Origin: Lachnospiraceae bacterium
Lineage (GTDB): Bacteria > Bacillota > Clostridia > Peptostreptococcales > Anaerovoracaceae
DNA: 64,000 nt
Direction: 5' to 3'
NCBI GenBank assembly: GCA_963602445.1
Contig: CAVCIY010000026.1
Location: forward strand, 1,972 to 65,971
Shown one piece after another: positions 29,331 through 39,028 of this stretch (its first letter is position 1; every line of letters begins with the position of its first letter). The notes under the pieces were generated by a model. That model was not told the origin of the DNA and did no database searches. It was given only the letters and a program-made list of their open reading frames with translations. The position numbers were made by a program, and so were the translations under genes.

Positions 29331-29585
29331 CAAAAACTCGCCCCTGTAACTTTAAATTACAGGGGCGAGCATAAGTCGCGGTACCACCCTGATTATCCGA
29401 CACCTCTTGCGCCGGACATCTCTTGACCGATAACGAGGTCAGACGTTCCAAACTACACATATTATATATACTTCATCCGGACTGCTCGGAAGCTGCTTCA
29501 AAAAGCTGCGGCGAGAAGGCTCTCAGCATCCCTTCCTCTCTGTGCGCCTGCCAATCTTTCCTACTATTCTTCTTCATCGCATTTT
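29331..29585 (-). promoter_or_regulatory. T-box leader (tRNA-sensing riboswitch) controlling alaS
   Basis: On the minus strand, stem I begins gcgatgaagaagaatagtag. The conserved T-box sequence taatcagggtggtaccgcg is the reverse complement of 29377-29395. It is followed by the terminator ctcgcccctgtaa/ttacaggggcgag (29337-29369) and ttttt. A GCC (Ala) triplet lies in a plausible specifier region, but I have not folded the leader. Confidence 0.85.
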
Positions 29586-29730
29586 TTTCGCGTCATTATT
29601 TTTCAATAATGGTCAAATTATAACATATATGTAAATCAAAGTCTACTTCATAATTATAATAAAAAATTATAATTAAAATTAAATTTCATAATCAAAGACC
29701 ACATATTAAATTCATGCCCCCGCACAAACT

Positions 29731-31539
29731 TTAATATTTTTTATTGAAATTCATCATCATCGCTGCGACCTGAGCTCTTGAAGCCGGAGAACCTGCCGAA
29801 ATAACACCGCCGATTCCGTCAAAGAGCCCGCTTTCTTCTGCCCAGCTCATTGCTGACTGCGCCCAGTCCGAAACAGCGCCGTACTTTGTCGGAACCTGAC
29901 CGCCTGCAAAAGTCTTTTCTGCGCCCGAGTAGCGATAAAGAATCGTAACCATCTGTTCGAGCGTAATATTCTTCATCGGGCTGAACTTTCCGTCACCCAT
30001 GCCGTTTACGACAGAATTTGCTGCCGCCCACTCGACGGCATCAGTATACCATGTGCCTGACGGAATATCCGAAAATCTTCCGGTAAAAGAAGCCTGCGGT
30101 GTATCTGCATAACGATGGAGAACTACGGTAAACATAGCTCTCGTCATATTTGAGTCAGGGGAAAATGTCGTGTCCGAAGTGCCGTTAAATAATCCGGCAT
30201 TTCCCACATAGTCAACTGCGCTCTTGTACCACGCATCTGACGAAACGTCATCAAATGTATAAAGCGAAGCCGTACAAGGACGCTTGTTTATATTGCATAT
30301 ATCAAGTTCTTTTCCGTTAGAATCGAAGCATTGAACTGTGAGCGAATCAGAAGTCGAGCGCACGATCTCATAATTTGAAGTATTATATATCGACTTTTCG
30401 GCAAATGTTTCGTCACCCGAATCATAGAATTTCTGACCCGAAACGCCCATTATATATGTAATTCCGTTCTCGTAATCCGTCTTGCCGTTTGTCAGCGGAC
30501 AGCTGCGCGAATATACATGCTGATGCCCCTCAAATACAAGATCCACACCGTAATCTAGGAAAATCTGTTCCCATGCCTGCCTTATCGCAATGGATGTCGA
30601 GTCATTGTGAACCATATATACGGGATTGTGCGTCACAACTATCTGCCAATCAGCGTCAGAAGATGCAAGATCCTTCTTCATCCACGTCTTTATTCTCTCG
30701 TAATCAGAATCGCTAAGCTCCTGTTCGCCGCTGTAAACCCATGAATTCACAACCATGATGTGACAATTGGCATAATCATATGAATAAAATTCTTCTTTGA
30801 ATCCTTCGGGACCATTTTGCGGAAAAGCAAAGAAATTGAGGAACATCTCAGGCTTTCCGCCTATGTAGTTGCTCTCGTGGTTTCCGACAGTCGAAAACAA
30901 CTGCACACCTGAAAATACAGGGGATGCTACTTTTCTGAATTCAATAAATTGCTCTTTTGAAATACCGCTTTGAACGACATCTCCTCCCATCACTGCCATT
31001 CCGAGATCGGGATTTTCCTTCTTCATGGTCTGAGTAAGCTTCTGCCATGCGGCAAATTCTGTCTCCATGTCACTGTTTATCTGTAAATCACCAAGATATG
31101 CAAAGCATCCCTCTTTTGCATCGGGATTGTCAGTAGTGAATGAAGCTTCCTTCCCCCACGCGCCGTCCTTGCCTACGCGGTAATAATATTCCGTGCCTGC
31201 GCTAAGACCGTCGGCAGTAGCCTCAAATTGCCAAAAATCACCTGTCTTCTCTATGCTTATATCGGAACATACAGCCTTAAACTGCTTCGCATTCTGAAAT
31301 CCGCTCTCATTATAGTCAGCATAGCTTACAACCTGAACATATTCATCAGCCGAAGCATCGTCAGTCCAATTAAAGGTCTGAGTAGTCGTCTCGTCGCCTG
31401 TCCACGAAAGCAGAACACCGTAATCCTTTTGCGTGTCAGCGGCATAAACACCGACACCTCCGACAGCTGTCAAGGAAAAAATCATGCATAAGCTTAGAAG
31501 CAAAGCAGCAATCCTAAATCGAAAATTCTTCTTGTTCAT
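29731..31539 (-). CDS. Secreted metallophosphoesterase (purple-acid-phosphatase-like) with three C-terminal SLH cell-wall anchoring domains
   Basis: The product has a signal peptide, a PAP N-terminal-like region (YYYRVG), metallophosphatase motifs (GDLQ, GNHE, GHQHVY) and SLH repeats (FDDVSSDAWY.., FSDIPSGTWY..). Confidence 0.8.
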   Translation of the reverse strand: MNKKNFRFRIAALLLSLCMIFSLTAVGGVGVYAADTQKDYGVLLSWTGDETTTQTFNWTDDASADEYVQVVSYADYNESGFQNAKQFKAVCSDISIEKTGDFWQFEATADGLSAGTEYYYRVGKDGAWGKEASFTTDNPDAKEGCFAYLGDLQINSDMETEFAAWQKLTQTMKKENPDLGMAVMGGDVVQSGISKEQFIEFRKVASPVFSGVQLFSTVGNHESNYIGGKPEMFLNFFAFPQNGPEGFKEEFYSYDYANCHIMVVNSWVYSGEQELSDSDYERIKTWMKKDLASSDADWQIVVTHNPVYMVHNDSTSIAIRQAWEQIFLDYGVDLVFEGHQHVYSRSCPLTNGKTDYENGITYIMGVSGQKFYDSGDETFAEKSIYNTSNYEIVRSTSDSLTVQCFDSNGKELDICNINKRPCTASLYTFDDVSSDAWYKSAVDYVGNAGLFNGTSDTTFSPDSNMTRAMFTVVLHRYADTPQASFTGRFSDIPSGTWYTDAVEWAAANSVVNGMGDGKFSPMKNITLEQMVTILYRYSGAEKTFAGGQVPTKYGAVSDWAQSAMSWAEESGLFDGIGGVISAGSPASRAQVAAMMMNFNKKY

Positions 31540-31676
31540 ATAATAATACATCCGCCCTTTTGGCAGATCCTCCTTTCAAAACAACCACCGAACCGACGAT
31601 AAATCACGGCACAAACAACTCCTGTCTGCGCCGTTAAAATTATAACACACTAAAAAATAAAATACCACGAATAAAC

Positions 31677-32147
31677 TCAAGTTCTTACTTTCCATCGTTC
31701 AATCGTAATTTTCTCATGAGAAGAACCTTCAATTTCATCAAGTAATTCCACGCTAAAATCATCAGCACTTACAGAGCATTTTACATCCGACGGGTAATCT
31801 CTGTTCCAGCGGCACATAATCACTTCGTCATTGTCGCTCAAAAATGCAGCTGGATCGATAAGTTCATCGAAAAATATTATATTCTCTCCGGATTTCACGT
31901 CTCCGGATTTCGCGTCTCCGGATTTTGCGTCATTTGAAAAAGTATCGAGCGGCAATATCTCAGATATATTTCCAATTGCTTTGACACCCTCAAATCCTTC
32001 AAAAAGCGCAGCCGAATAATCCTGAATATAAATCGTCCTGTCTCCCGCAAAAGCTTTAATCCACTCAATCAGCTTTGAGTCTCTGCTTTGACGTCTTTTG
32101 TTAAAAAGCATACCCATTGCGTTGTCTATACATACTATAGCAATCAT
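31677..32147 (-). CDS. Hypothetical protein. The N-terminus is faintly DHFR-like, and it contains DAKSG repeats.
   Basis: The ORF is 31677..32240. I chose the start at MIAIVCIDNAMGMLFNKRRQSRD (ATG 32147), and this choice is uncertain. Confidence 0.45.
   Translation of the reverse strand: MIAIVCIDNAMGMLFNKRRQSRDSKLIEWIKAFAGDRTIYIQDYSAALFEGFEGVKAIGNISEILPLDTFSNDAKSGDAKSGDVKSGENIIFFDELIDPAAFLSDNDEVIMCRWNRDYPSDVKCSVSADDFSVELLDEIEGSSHEKITIERWKVRT
31885..31929. repeat. In-frame 15-bp x 3 repeat (encodes DAKSG-type pentapeptides)
   Basis: tctccggattt(c/t)(a/g)cg occurs three times, contiguously. Confidence 0.85.
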
Positions 32148-32441
32148 ACCTGCATTTATTCCCCCTTCGTGTATCACGTCAACCCGTGCCGCACCGGCGT
32201 AAATATGTATAATTATACTAAAATAGAACTCAAAAGACAAACTGTCATTAATGCGTATATTTCTACATTAATCTAACAGACATGAACTAAGTCCCTGTAA
32301 TTCTAATAGCGATTTTAAACAATCGCGCCATAGAAACTGCCTCGCTCCGTCCGCGGCAAAATTACCGATATTCTTGAAATATCAATGGGTTTGAGGTATT
32401 GTATTTTAAGCTTTCACGCACCCTCCAAATCGCTATTTATA

Positions 32442-32470
32442 TTGCATGTAATTTGATTTTATGCTATAAT
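32442..32470 (+). promoter_or_regulatory. Sigma-70-type promoter candidate for the TAXI-TRAP operon
   Basis: TTGCAT (32442-32447), a 17-nt spacer, then an extended -10 tgcTATAAT (32462-32470). A palindrome tttgactgcgtcaaa lies just downstream. Confidence 0.5.
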
Positions 32471-32559
32471 ATGTATGAAAATGATGCGGTTTGACTGCGT
32501 CAAAAATCAAAAAATATTTATGGTTTTAAGCAAAATAGAAAGGACAAGAGGAATTATTT

Positions 32560-33537
32560 ATGAAAAAAATTTTAGCAGTTATTCTTGCACTTGTTATGGT
32601 ATTTGCTTTCACAGCATGTGGAAGTTCTTCTAATGACGGAAGCTCCGATAATGCCTCAGGCAGCGAATTACGTTTCGTTACCGGCGGTACTTCCGGTACT
32701 TATTATGCATTTGGTTCTGTAATCGCCCAGCATGCCACAAACAACGCCGGCGTAAAGATTACAGCTCTCGCAGGAAACGGCTCACAGGCAAATATTGAAG
32801 AGCTCGCTTCCGGAAATGCAGAACTCGCATTCTGCCAGTCAGACGTTATGGCTTATGCTTATGAAGGCGAAAAGCTCTTCGAAGAACCGGTGACAGGCTT
32901 CTCTACTGTAGCAAATCTCTACACAGAGCAGGTTCAGATCGTAACTACTGATCCGGAAATCAAGACTGTTGCAGACCTCAAGGGCAAGAATGTTTCCATA
33001 GGCGCAGGCGGTTCCGGTACTTACTTCAACGCAATCGATATCCTCGGTGCATATGACCTTACAGAAGATGACATAAGTGCTACATATCAGGACTTCGGTG
33101 ATTCTGCCGACGCTCTGAAGGACGGCAAGATTGATGCGGCATTCATCGTAGCAGGTGCTCCTACTACAGCTATTACCGACCTTGCTACTACTAAGGATGT
33201 TTATCTCGTATCTCTCGATGACGAACATGTTGCTAAGCTTATCGAATCTTCACCTTACTATTCAAGCTGCACTATCGCTGCTGATGTTTACGGTCTCGAT
33301 TCCGACATCACTACTGTAGGTGTAGGTGCTGTTATTCTCGCAGCTGACTCAGTTTCTGAGGATGATATTTACGCGCTTTGCGCTGACATCTTTGACAACG
33401 CTGCTGATCTCGTAGACAGCCACGCAAAGTATGCTGAAGTAAATCTTGACACAGCAACATCCATCACGACAGTTCCTTATCACCCGGGTGCTGTAAAGTA
33501 TTTCGCTGAAAAAGGATATGAAGTTTCCGGCAAATAA
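32560..33537 (+). CDS. TAXI-family TRAP transporter solute-binding lipoprotein
   Basis: The lipobox is FTACGSS. The TAXI pattern GGTSGTYY..G is present. Confidence 0.85.
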   Translation: MKKILAVILALVMVFAFTACGSSSNDGSSDNASGSELRFVTGGTSGTYYAFGSVIAQHATNNAGVKITALAGNGSQANIEELASGNAELAFCQSDVMAYAYEGEKLFEEPVTGFSTVANLYTEQVQIVTTDPEIKTVADLKGKNVSIGAGGSGTYFNAIDILGAYDLTEDDISATYQDFGDSADALKDGKIDAAFIVAGAPTTAITDLATTKDVYLVSLDDEHVAKLIESSPYYSSCTIAADVYGLDSDITTVGVGAVILAADSVSEDDIYALCADIFDNAADLVDSHAKYAEVNLDTATSITTVPYHPGAVKYFAEKGYEVSGK

Positions 33538-33634
33538 AAATTATCGCTAAAAGCCGACATTTTGCTTAACCAAGCCCGCGGCAGCGGATACTGCCGCGGG
33601 ATATTTTAATACTTACATATGGAGGTGACACGAT

Positions 33635-35683
33635 TTGAGTATTTTTAAGAAAAAAGACGCTCCCGTTGATCAAGTAGAACATGTTGACGGAAGTGACTTA
33701 GATGCGGTTATGAGAAAGTATGACAAAGAGTCAAATACAAGAATTTGGGAAGGTATTCCCAAAGTAATCATTGAGATCTTTATGGCATGCTTTTCCATTT
33801 ACTGCATCCTTATGACGCTTTTTTCAACGGCTCTGCCGGAAACGCGTCTCTCCCTTTTTTTGGGGTTCATAATCATCGCCGGATTTCTTGCGTACCCGGC
33901 AAGCAAGAAGCATGTTCGTACAAATTATATGCCTTGGTATGACATACTTCTCATGGTTGTAGGAGCAGCATGCTTCTTCTTTTATGCCATAAATGCCCTG
34001 ACTATCATCAAGCTCTCGACGATGATCAAACCGCTTCATGTAGTCATCGGTGTCATAGGCATACTTGTTCTTGTAGAGCTTTGCAGAAGATGCGTGGGTA
34101 TACCTATTCTTTGCGTAGCAGGCGCACTCGTTATTTATGCATTCTATTTCCAATTTAAGTTTTCCAGTACGCCATATATCGCACTTAAAAATGTCGTTCT
34201 TAAGCTCTTCTACTCTACAAATGGCGTGATCGGAACTCCGGTAAATGTCTGCTATACTTATATCATATTATTCATCATATTCGGTGCATTCCTTGAGAGA
34301 ACAGGTATCGCAAACTTCTTTATAGCATTTGCAAACCGTCTGGCAGGATGGTCTTGCGGCGGACCGGCAAAAGTTGCAGTTATATCTTCAGCGCTTTGCG
34401 GCATGGTTTCCGGTTCTTCCGTAGGAAATACCGTTACTACAGGTTCCGTTACTATTCCTATGATGAAAAAGACAGGATACAAGCCTGAATTTGCAGGTGC
34501 TGTAGAAGCTGCCGCATCTACAGGCGGACAGATTATGCCTCCTATCATGGGTGCTGCCGCATTCCTTATGGCCGAGTATACGGGGCTGCCTTATGCGACG
34601 GTTGCCGTCAAAGCAATTTTACCGGCTTTCCTCTACTTCCTCGGCATATTCATAGCAGTTCATCTTGAAGCAAAGAAGCTGAGCCTAAATGGCATACCGC
34701 GTTCTGAGCTTCCGAAGTGGAAATATCTCGGCGAAAATTGTTATTTGATAATTCCTCTCATAATTCTCGTCTGGCTGGTATCCACAGGCGTAAAGACAAT
34801 GGCTTCTTCGGCTGCGATTTCAATCGTTGCGGCATTCTTTATCGGATGGATAAACTTCTTCGTTACAGCTTATAAAGAAAGAAAAGAAGGCGAAACATTC
34901 GGAAGTGTTCTTTTGGACAGCATAAAGACTGCTTTTATAACATCTGCGGATGCTCTTACGGCTGGTGCTAAGGGCGGCGTTACAGTTGCCGTAGCATGTG
35001 CCATGGCAGGAATCATCGCAGGATGCATCACCGTTACAGGCCTTGCGTCTACACTTATAAACGCCATAGTTCAGCTTGCCGGAAATACTTCCATCATAGG
35101 TCTCGTTCTCACGATGGTCTGCTGCATCGTACTTGGCATGGGCGTACCTACTACTGCAAACTACTGCATCATGGCATCCACATGTGCACCTATCCTTATT
35201 GAACTCGGATTCCCTACAGTAGCAGCTCACTTCTTCGTATTCTATTTCGGTATCGTTGCAGATATCACACCTCCTGTAGCACTTGCTGCTTATGCAGGTT
35301 CAGCTATTGCGAAATCAGACCCTATGAAGACAGGTGTAAACGCCACAAAGCTCGCTATCGCGGCATTTATCGTGCCATATATCTTCGCTTACAGCCCTCA
35401 GATGCTCTTCCTCGGAGACAATATCCATTGGTATACTGTAGTTCAGATTTCATGCACAGCCGTCCTCGGACTGTTTGGCATAGCAGCTGCTCTGAACGGA
35501 CATCTCTGGGTAAAGGTAAATCCTATATTCAGACTGCTTCTCGTAGGCGGCGGCATAGGCATGATGATTCCGGGAACCGTCTCAGACCTTGTGGGACTGT
35601 TTATAATCGGAGGTGTATGCGTTGTACAATATATGCTCGGAAAGAAAAACCGTTCAGGATCAGATACACCGCTTGCAGCATAG
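33635..35683 (+). CDS. TRAP transporter fused permease (TAXI-type, DctQM-like)
   Basis: This 682 aa polytopic membrane protein lies immediately downstream of the TAXI binding protein. The start is TTG after ggaggtga. Confidence 0.85.
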   Translation: MSIFKKKDAPVDQVEHVDGSDLDAVMRKYDKESNTRIWEGIPKVIIEIFMACFSIYCILMTLFSTALPETRLSLFLGFIIIAGFLAYPASKKHVRTNYMPWYDILLMVVGAACFFFYAINALTIIKLSTMIKPLHVVIGVIGILVLVELCRRCVGIPILCVAGALVIYAFYFQFKFSSTPYIALKNVVLKLFYSTNGVIGTPVNVCYTYIILFIIFGAFLERTGIANFFIAFANRLAGWSCGGPAKVAVISSALCGMVSGSSVGNTVTTGSVTIPMMKKTGYKPEFAGAVEAAASTGGQIMPPIMGAAAFLMAEYTGLPYATVAVKAILPAFLYFLGIFIAVHLEAKKLSLNGIPRSELPKWKYLGENCYLIIPLIILVWLVSTGVKTMASSAAISIVAAFFIGWINFFVTAYKERKEGETFGSVLLDSIKTAFITSADALTAGAKGGVTVAVACAMAGIIAGCITVTGLASTLINAIVQLAGNTSIIGLVLTMVCCIVLGMGVPTTANYCIMASTCAPILIELGFPTVAAHFFVFYFGIVADITPPVALAAYAGSAIAKSDPMKTGVNATKLAIAAFIVPYIFAYSPQMLFLGDNIHWYTVVQISCTAVLGLFGIAAALNGHLWVKVNPIFRLLLVGGGIGMMIPGTVSDLVGLFIIGGVCVVQYMLGKKNRSGSDTPLAA

Positions 35684-35757
35684 ACTAAACATCAAACTTA
35701 AAGATTAAGATATCTCAGATTAAATTAGGTGTCAGAATCTTAATAAGACCAATAAAA

Positions 35758-35788
35758 AACGGGAGCTCCTCGGAGTTCCCGTTCTTTT
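35758..35788 (+). terminator. Rho-independent terminator of the TRAP operon
   Basis: Stem acgggagctc pairs with gagttcccgt (one mismatch), followed by tctttt. Confidence 0.6.
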
Positions 35789-35914
35789 ATTATACTTTAT
35801 TAATGATATTATATCTTATTTCTACGCTCTTCCGGATTTGGATATATTCTTTTTCTGATGATATTATATCTGTCTTCTATCTGTCTTCGCCCGGATGAAG
35901 CGCGAAGCATAAAT

Positions 35915-36703
35915 TTAGATATATTCCTTGATGATTTCATCGATAGTACCGTCAGCTTTCATCTCTTCAATAGCAGAGTTAATAGTGTCTAAAAGCTCTG
36001 TATTTCCCTTCTGAACAGCGATACCGTATTCTTCTTCAGCAAACTGTTCTGAGTCAGTTACGATCTTGAGGCCTTCCTGGTCAGCGATATAGCTTTCAGC
36101 AGTCGCAGAGTCAATAACAACTACGTCGCACTTGCCGTTTACGAGTTCCATTACACATTCTGTTCCCTTCTTGAATGCAGTATATTCATATCCGAGATCC
36201 TTTACGCAAGTTTCACCTGTGTAACCCTGAACTACAGCGATTCCTTTGCCTTCCATATCGGCAGCGCATGTGATGTCAGAATCTTCCTTAACGATCATAA
36301 CCTGAGTAGCTGTGTAGTAAGGCTCTGAGAAGTCTACAGACTTAGCTCTTTCTTCAGTAATAGTCATGCCTGAGATAGTAGCATCAATCTGACCATTCTG
36401 GAGAGCTACGAGCAGAGAGTCAAATTCCATGCTCTGCATTTCGATTTTGTTTCCTGTTTTTTCGCCGATTTCCTTAGCGATAGCCATGTCAATGCCGTCA
36501 TACTCGCCAAGAACGCCGTCAGCAACAACTTCCTCAAACGGCGGGAATTCCGCATTTGTGGCAAATACGATAGTTCCTTCTGTACCTGCTGATTCTGCAG
36601 AAGTAGAAGCACTGTCATTTGATGTGTCAGAACTGCCGCATGCTGTGAACATGCATAAGCACGTAACGAGTGCGAGAACAATTGCTAAAATTTTCTTTTT
36701 CAT
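35915..36703 (-). CDS. Amino acid ABC transporter substrate-binding lipoprotein
   Basis: The lipobox is FTACGSS. The pattern is that of a family 3 SBP (GIDMAIAKEI.., ISGMTIT.ER). Confidence 0.85.
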   Translation of the reverse strand: MKKKILAIVLALVTCLCMFTACGSSDTSNDSASTSAESAGTEGTIVFATNAEFPPFEEVVADGVLGEYDGIDMAIAKEIGEKTGNKIEMQSMEFDSLLVALQNGQIDATISGMTITEERAKSVDFSEPYYTATQVMIVKEDSDITCAADMEGKGIAVVQGYTGETCVKDLGYEYTAFKKGTECVMELVNGKCDVVVIDSATAESYIADQEGLKIVTDSEQFAEEEYGIAVQKGNTELLDTINSAIEEMKADGTIDEIIKEYI

Positions 36704-36746
36704 TTTCTTTCACCTCTCTGAAAAAATAATTTAACTGATTAAAAAA

Positions 36747-37499
36747 CTATAATATTTTACTTAAAAATCCTCTCGTCCTTTCGTGTTGAGGATTATTAAA
36801 TACTTCCTCAGGCGTGCCGTCTTCCACGACATAGCCGCCGTCAATAAACATAACTCTTGATGCAACCTCGCGCGCAAAGCCCATCTCATGAGTGACAATG
36901 ATCATAGTCATGCCGTCTTTTGCGAGATTTTTCATAACATCAAGCACTTCTCCGATCATCTCGGGATCGAGCGCCGAAGTAGGCTCGTCAAAGAGCATAA
37001 TCTCAGGATTCATCGCGAGAGCTCTTGCGATAGCAACTCTTTGCTTCTGTCCGCCGGAAAGCTGGATAGGATAATTGTCCGCCTTGTCTTCAAGTCCGAC
37101 TCTCTTTAGAAGATTCATCGCAACATCATTTGCTTCGTGCTTTGAGAGCTTCTTTAGCTTGACCGGAGCATATGTAACATTTTCGAGAATGGTAAAATGC
37201 GGAAAAAGATTGAAGTGCTGAAATACCATACCCATCTTTTGACGAATGCGATTTATATCTGTCTTGTGGTCGTTTATCTTCTCACCGTCGAGGAAAACTT
37301 CTCCGGAAGTAACATCCTCAAGCATATTCAGGCATCTTAAAAATGTACTCTTGCCTGATCCCGAAGGACCGACAATAACTACGACCTCGCCCTTATCTAT
37401 AGTCTTTGTGATACCCTTGAGAACTTCAACCTCTCCGAAGCTTTTTTTGAGGTCATTTATCACAATCATACTGCTGTCTGCGGGCTTAGAATTCTTCAT
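36747..37499 (-). CDS. Amino acid ABC transporter ATP-binding protein (GlnQ-like)
   Basis: Walker [10 protein letters not shown], signature LSGGQKQR and Walker [12 protein letters not shown] are present. Confidence 0.9.
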   Translation of the reverse strand: MKNSKPADSSMIVINDLKKSFGEVEVLKGITKTIDKGEVVVIVGPSGSGKSTFLRCLNMLEDVTSGEVFLDGEKINDHKTDINRIRQKMGMVFQHFNLFPHFTILENVTYAPVKLKKLSKHEANDVAMNLLKRVGLEDKADNYPIQLSGGQKQRVAIARALAMNPEIMLFDEPTSALDPEMIGEVLDVMKNLAKDGMTMIIVTHEMGFAREVASRVMFIDGGYVVEDGTPEEVFNNPQHERTRGFLSKIL

Positions 37500-37529
37500 A
37501 TGGTTCCTCCTTCCTGCTGCTTCGAGCGA

Positions 37530-38219
37530 TTATCTCATATCTGACTTACGAAGAGTATCCTCAATCTTCCTAAGAATGACTGTGAGTATCTTGATAAGTC
37601 CGTAATAGATGATAGCTGTACCTACCAGCGGCATGAAGGCAAGGAAGGTTTCAGCCTTGATAAAGTCACCGGCCTTCTGGATATCCACAAGTCCTACGTA
37701 ACCGACGATAGCAGTTTCCTTTATAAGAACTATGAATTCATTGCATAATGTAGGGAAAATATTTTTTATGGCTTGCGGCAAAACAATGCCCACCATAGTC
37801 TGCGAGGCGCTGAGTCCCAGCGAACGGCCGGCCTCTGTCTGACCGTGATCTATAGAAAGGATTCCCGCTCTGATAATCTCGGCCACATATCCGCCTGAAT
37901 TTATACCAAAGGCGATACCGGCTATAACCCACTTCGGCCATCTTACCGTAGCAAATACTACGAAGTAAATAATCATCAGCTGCGTAACGGAAGGCGTACC
38001 TCTGATAACATCTGTATAAACAAGACCTATAGCTCTGAGAACTTTATTCTTGGAAAGGTTGCAAAGAGCGATCAAAAAACCGATGACAACGCCAAGAATA
38101 AGAGCAAGCAAGGATACCTGAATAGTGATACCTATACCTTTTACGAGCAACATATATCTGTCTTGCTCAATAAAGCAGCGCGTAAATTGTTCCGCGATGC
38201 TTGCAAACCATGCATTCAT
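37530..38219 (-). CDS. Amino acid ABC transporter permease (HisMQ family)
   Basis: The EAA-like motif is EAGRSLGLS... Confidence 0.85.
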   Translation of the reverse strand: MNAWFASIAEQFTRCFIEQDRYMLLVKGIGITIQVSLLALILGVVIGFLIALCNLSKNKVLRAIGLVYTDVIRGTPSVTQLMIIYFVVFATVRWPKWVIAGIAFGINSGGYVAEIIRAGILSIDHGQTEAGRSLGLSASQTMVGIVLPQAIKNIFPTLCNEFIVLIKETAIVGYVGLVDIQKAGDFIKAETFLAFMPLVGTAIIYYGLIKILTVILRKIEDTLRKSDMR

Positions 38220-38364
38220 AATATAAATCCTCCAATATATTTTTTTGGGCTTTCGGCAAACAAAAAGGCAATAAATCTATGCACTGCACTGCTCCGCCCA
38301 TCGCATTACAGTATACCATTACATATTGGTAAATTCAATATTTATACACCCTTTTTTATAATTA

Positions 38365-38470
38365 TACCGCCTTATTTTTAAAATATCATGCCTCCCCGAT
38401 TTTAACATTCCATACCGCCCCGGTTTTAATATTCCGTGCCGAATTTATTTACATGCGGCGCCTTATTTTT
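38365..38470. repeat. Degenerate tandem repeats (about 24-bp units) upstream of the ABC transporter operon
   Basis: ccgattttaacattccatacc and ccggttttaatattccgtgcc are adjacent. (c/g)cgccttattttt recurs at both ends. Confidence 0.5.
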
Positions 38471-38747
38471 TCAATTCCATTATAAACATGTCATAAAAAC
38501 GGTCCCAACCGGAAATCATCGGCGAATTTTCGCCGCCTCCGTTTGTGCTGCGCTTCATTGCCGCGTGATAATCCTCCGTCCACGCAATGACGTCCATAGG
38601 ATAAACCTCTATCCCATTTTCACGTGCTATCGCACAAAGATTTGTCAATGAATTTTTTCCGTCGGCAGTAGCAAGTATCTTCCTTCGCAAAACATCATCG
38701 GCACGCGCCTTGTCTCTTAATAAAGTTAATTTTTCATAGACAGACAT
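38463..38747 (-). CDS. Small protein with a Nif11-like N-terminal domain (94 aa)
   Basis: A strong RBS aaggaggg precedes ATG 38747. LRDKARADDVLRRKILAT..LCAIARENGIEV resembles Nif11-type domains. A GGG tract precedes a 23-aa tail. Confidence 0.55.
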   Translation of the reverse strand: MSVYEKLTLLRDKARADDVLRRKILATADGKNSLTNLCAIARENGIEVYPMDVIAWTEDYHAAMKRSTNGGGENSPMISGWDRFYDMFIMELKK

Positions 38748-38789
38748 AATATCCCTCCTTAAAAAAACTTTTAGAAACTCTCAAAATAT

Positions 38790-38945
38790 CCGTAAACATC
38801 CCGAGCTAACAAAAAGCTCGAAATGCCGCAAGCTTCCGAGCCAAATACCGAGCTAACGAAAAAAATCGAAATGCCGCAAGCTTCCGAGCCAAATACAAGC
38901 CAAAGAATAAAAAGCTCCCGAAATACCGTAAGCATCCCGGGAGCC
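38790..38945. repeat. Tandem repeat, 47 bp x about 3 (third copy degenerate)
   Basis: ccgagctaac(a/g)aaaa(a/g)(g/a)(c/t)tcgaaatgccgcaagcttccgagccaaata is repeated. Confidence 0.8.
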
Positions 38946-39028
38946 GTCGAAAATCGCATATTTATATTGAAAATAATTTTTCAGATGCTGTTTTATTTTG
39001 CTTAGTCGCTTTATTTTGATAAGCTGCT

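Noticed and set aside
38771-38959. A 62-aa ORF and its antisense 60-aa ORF in the spacer upstream of the permease stop
   Set aside because: Both lie entirely within the 47-bp tandem repeat, encode repetitive peptides and lack an RBS.
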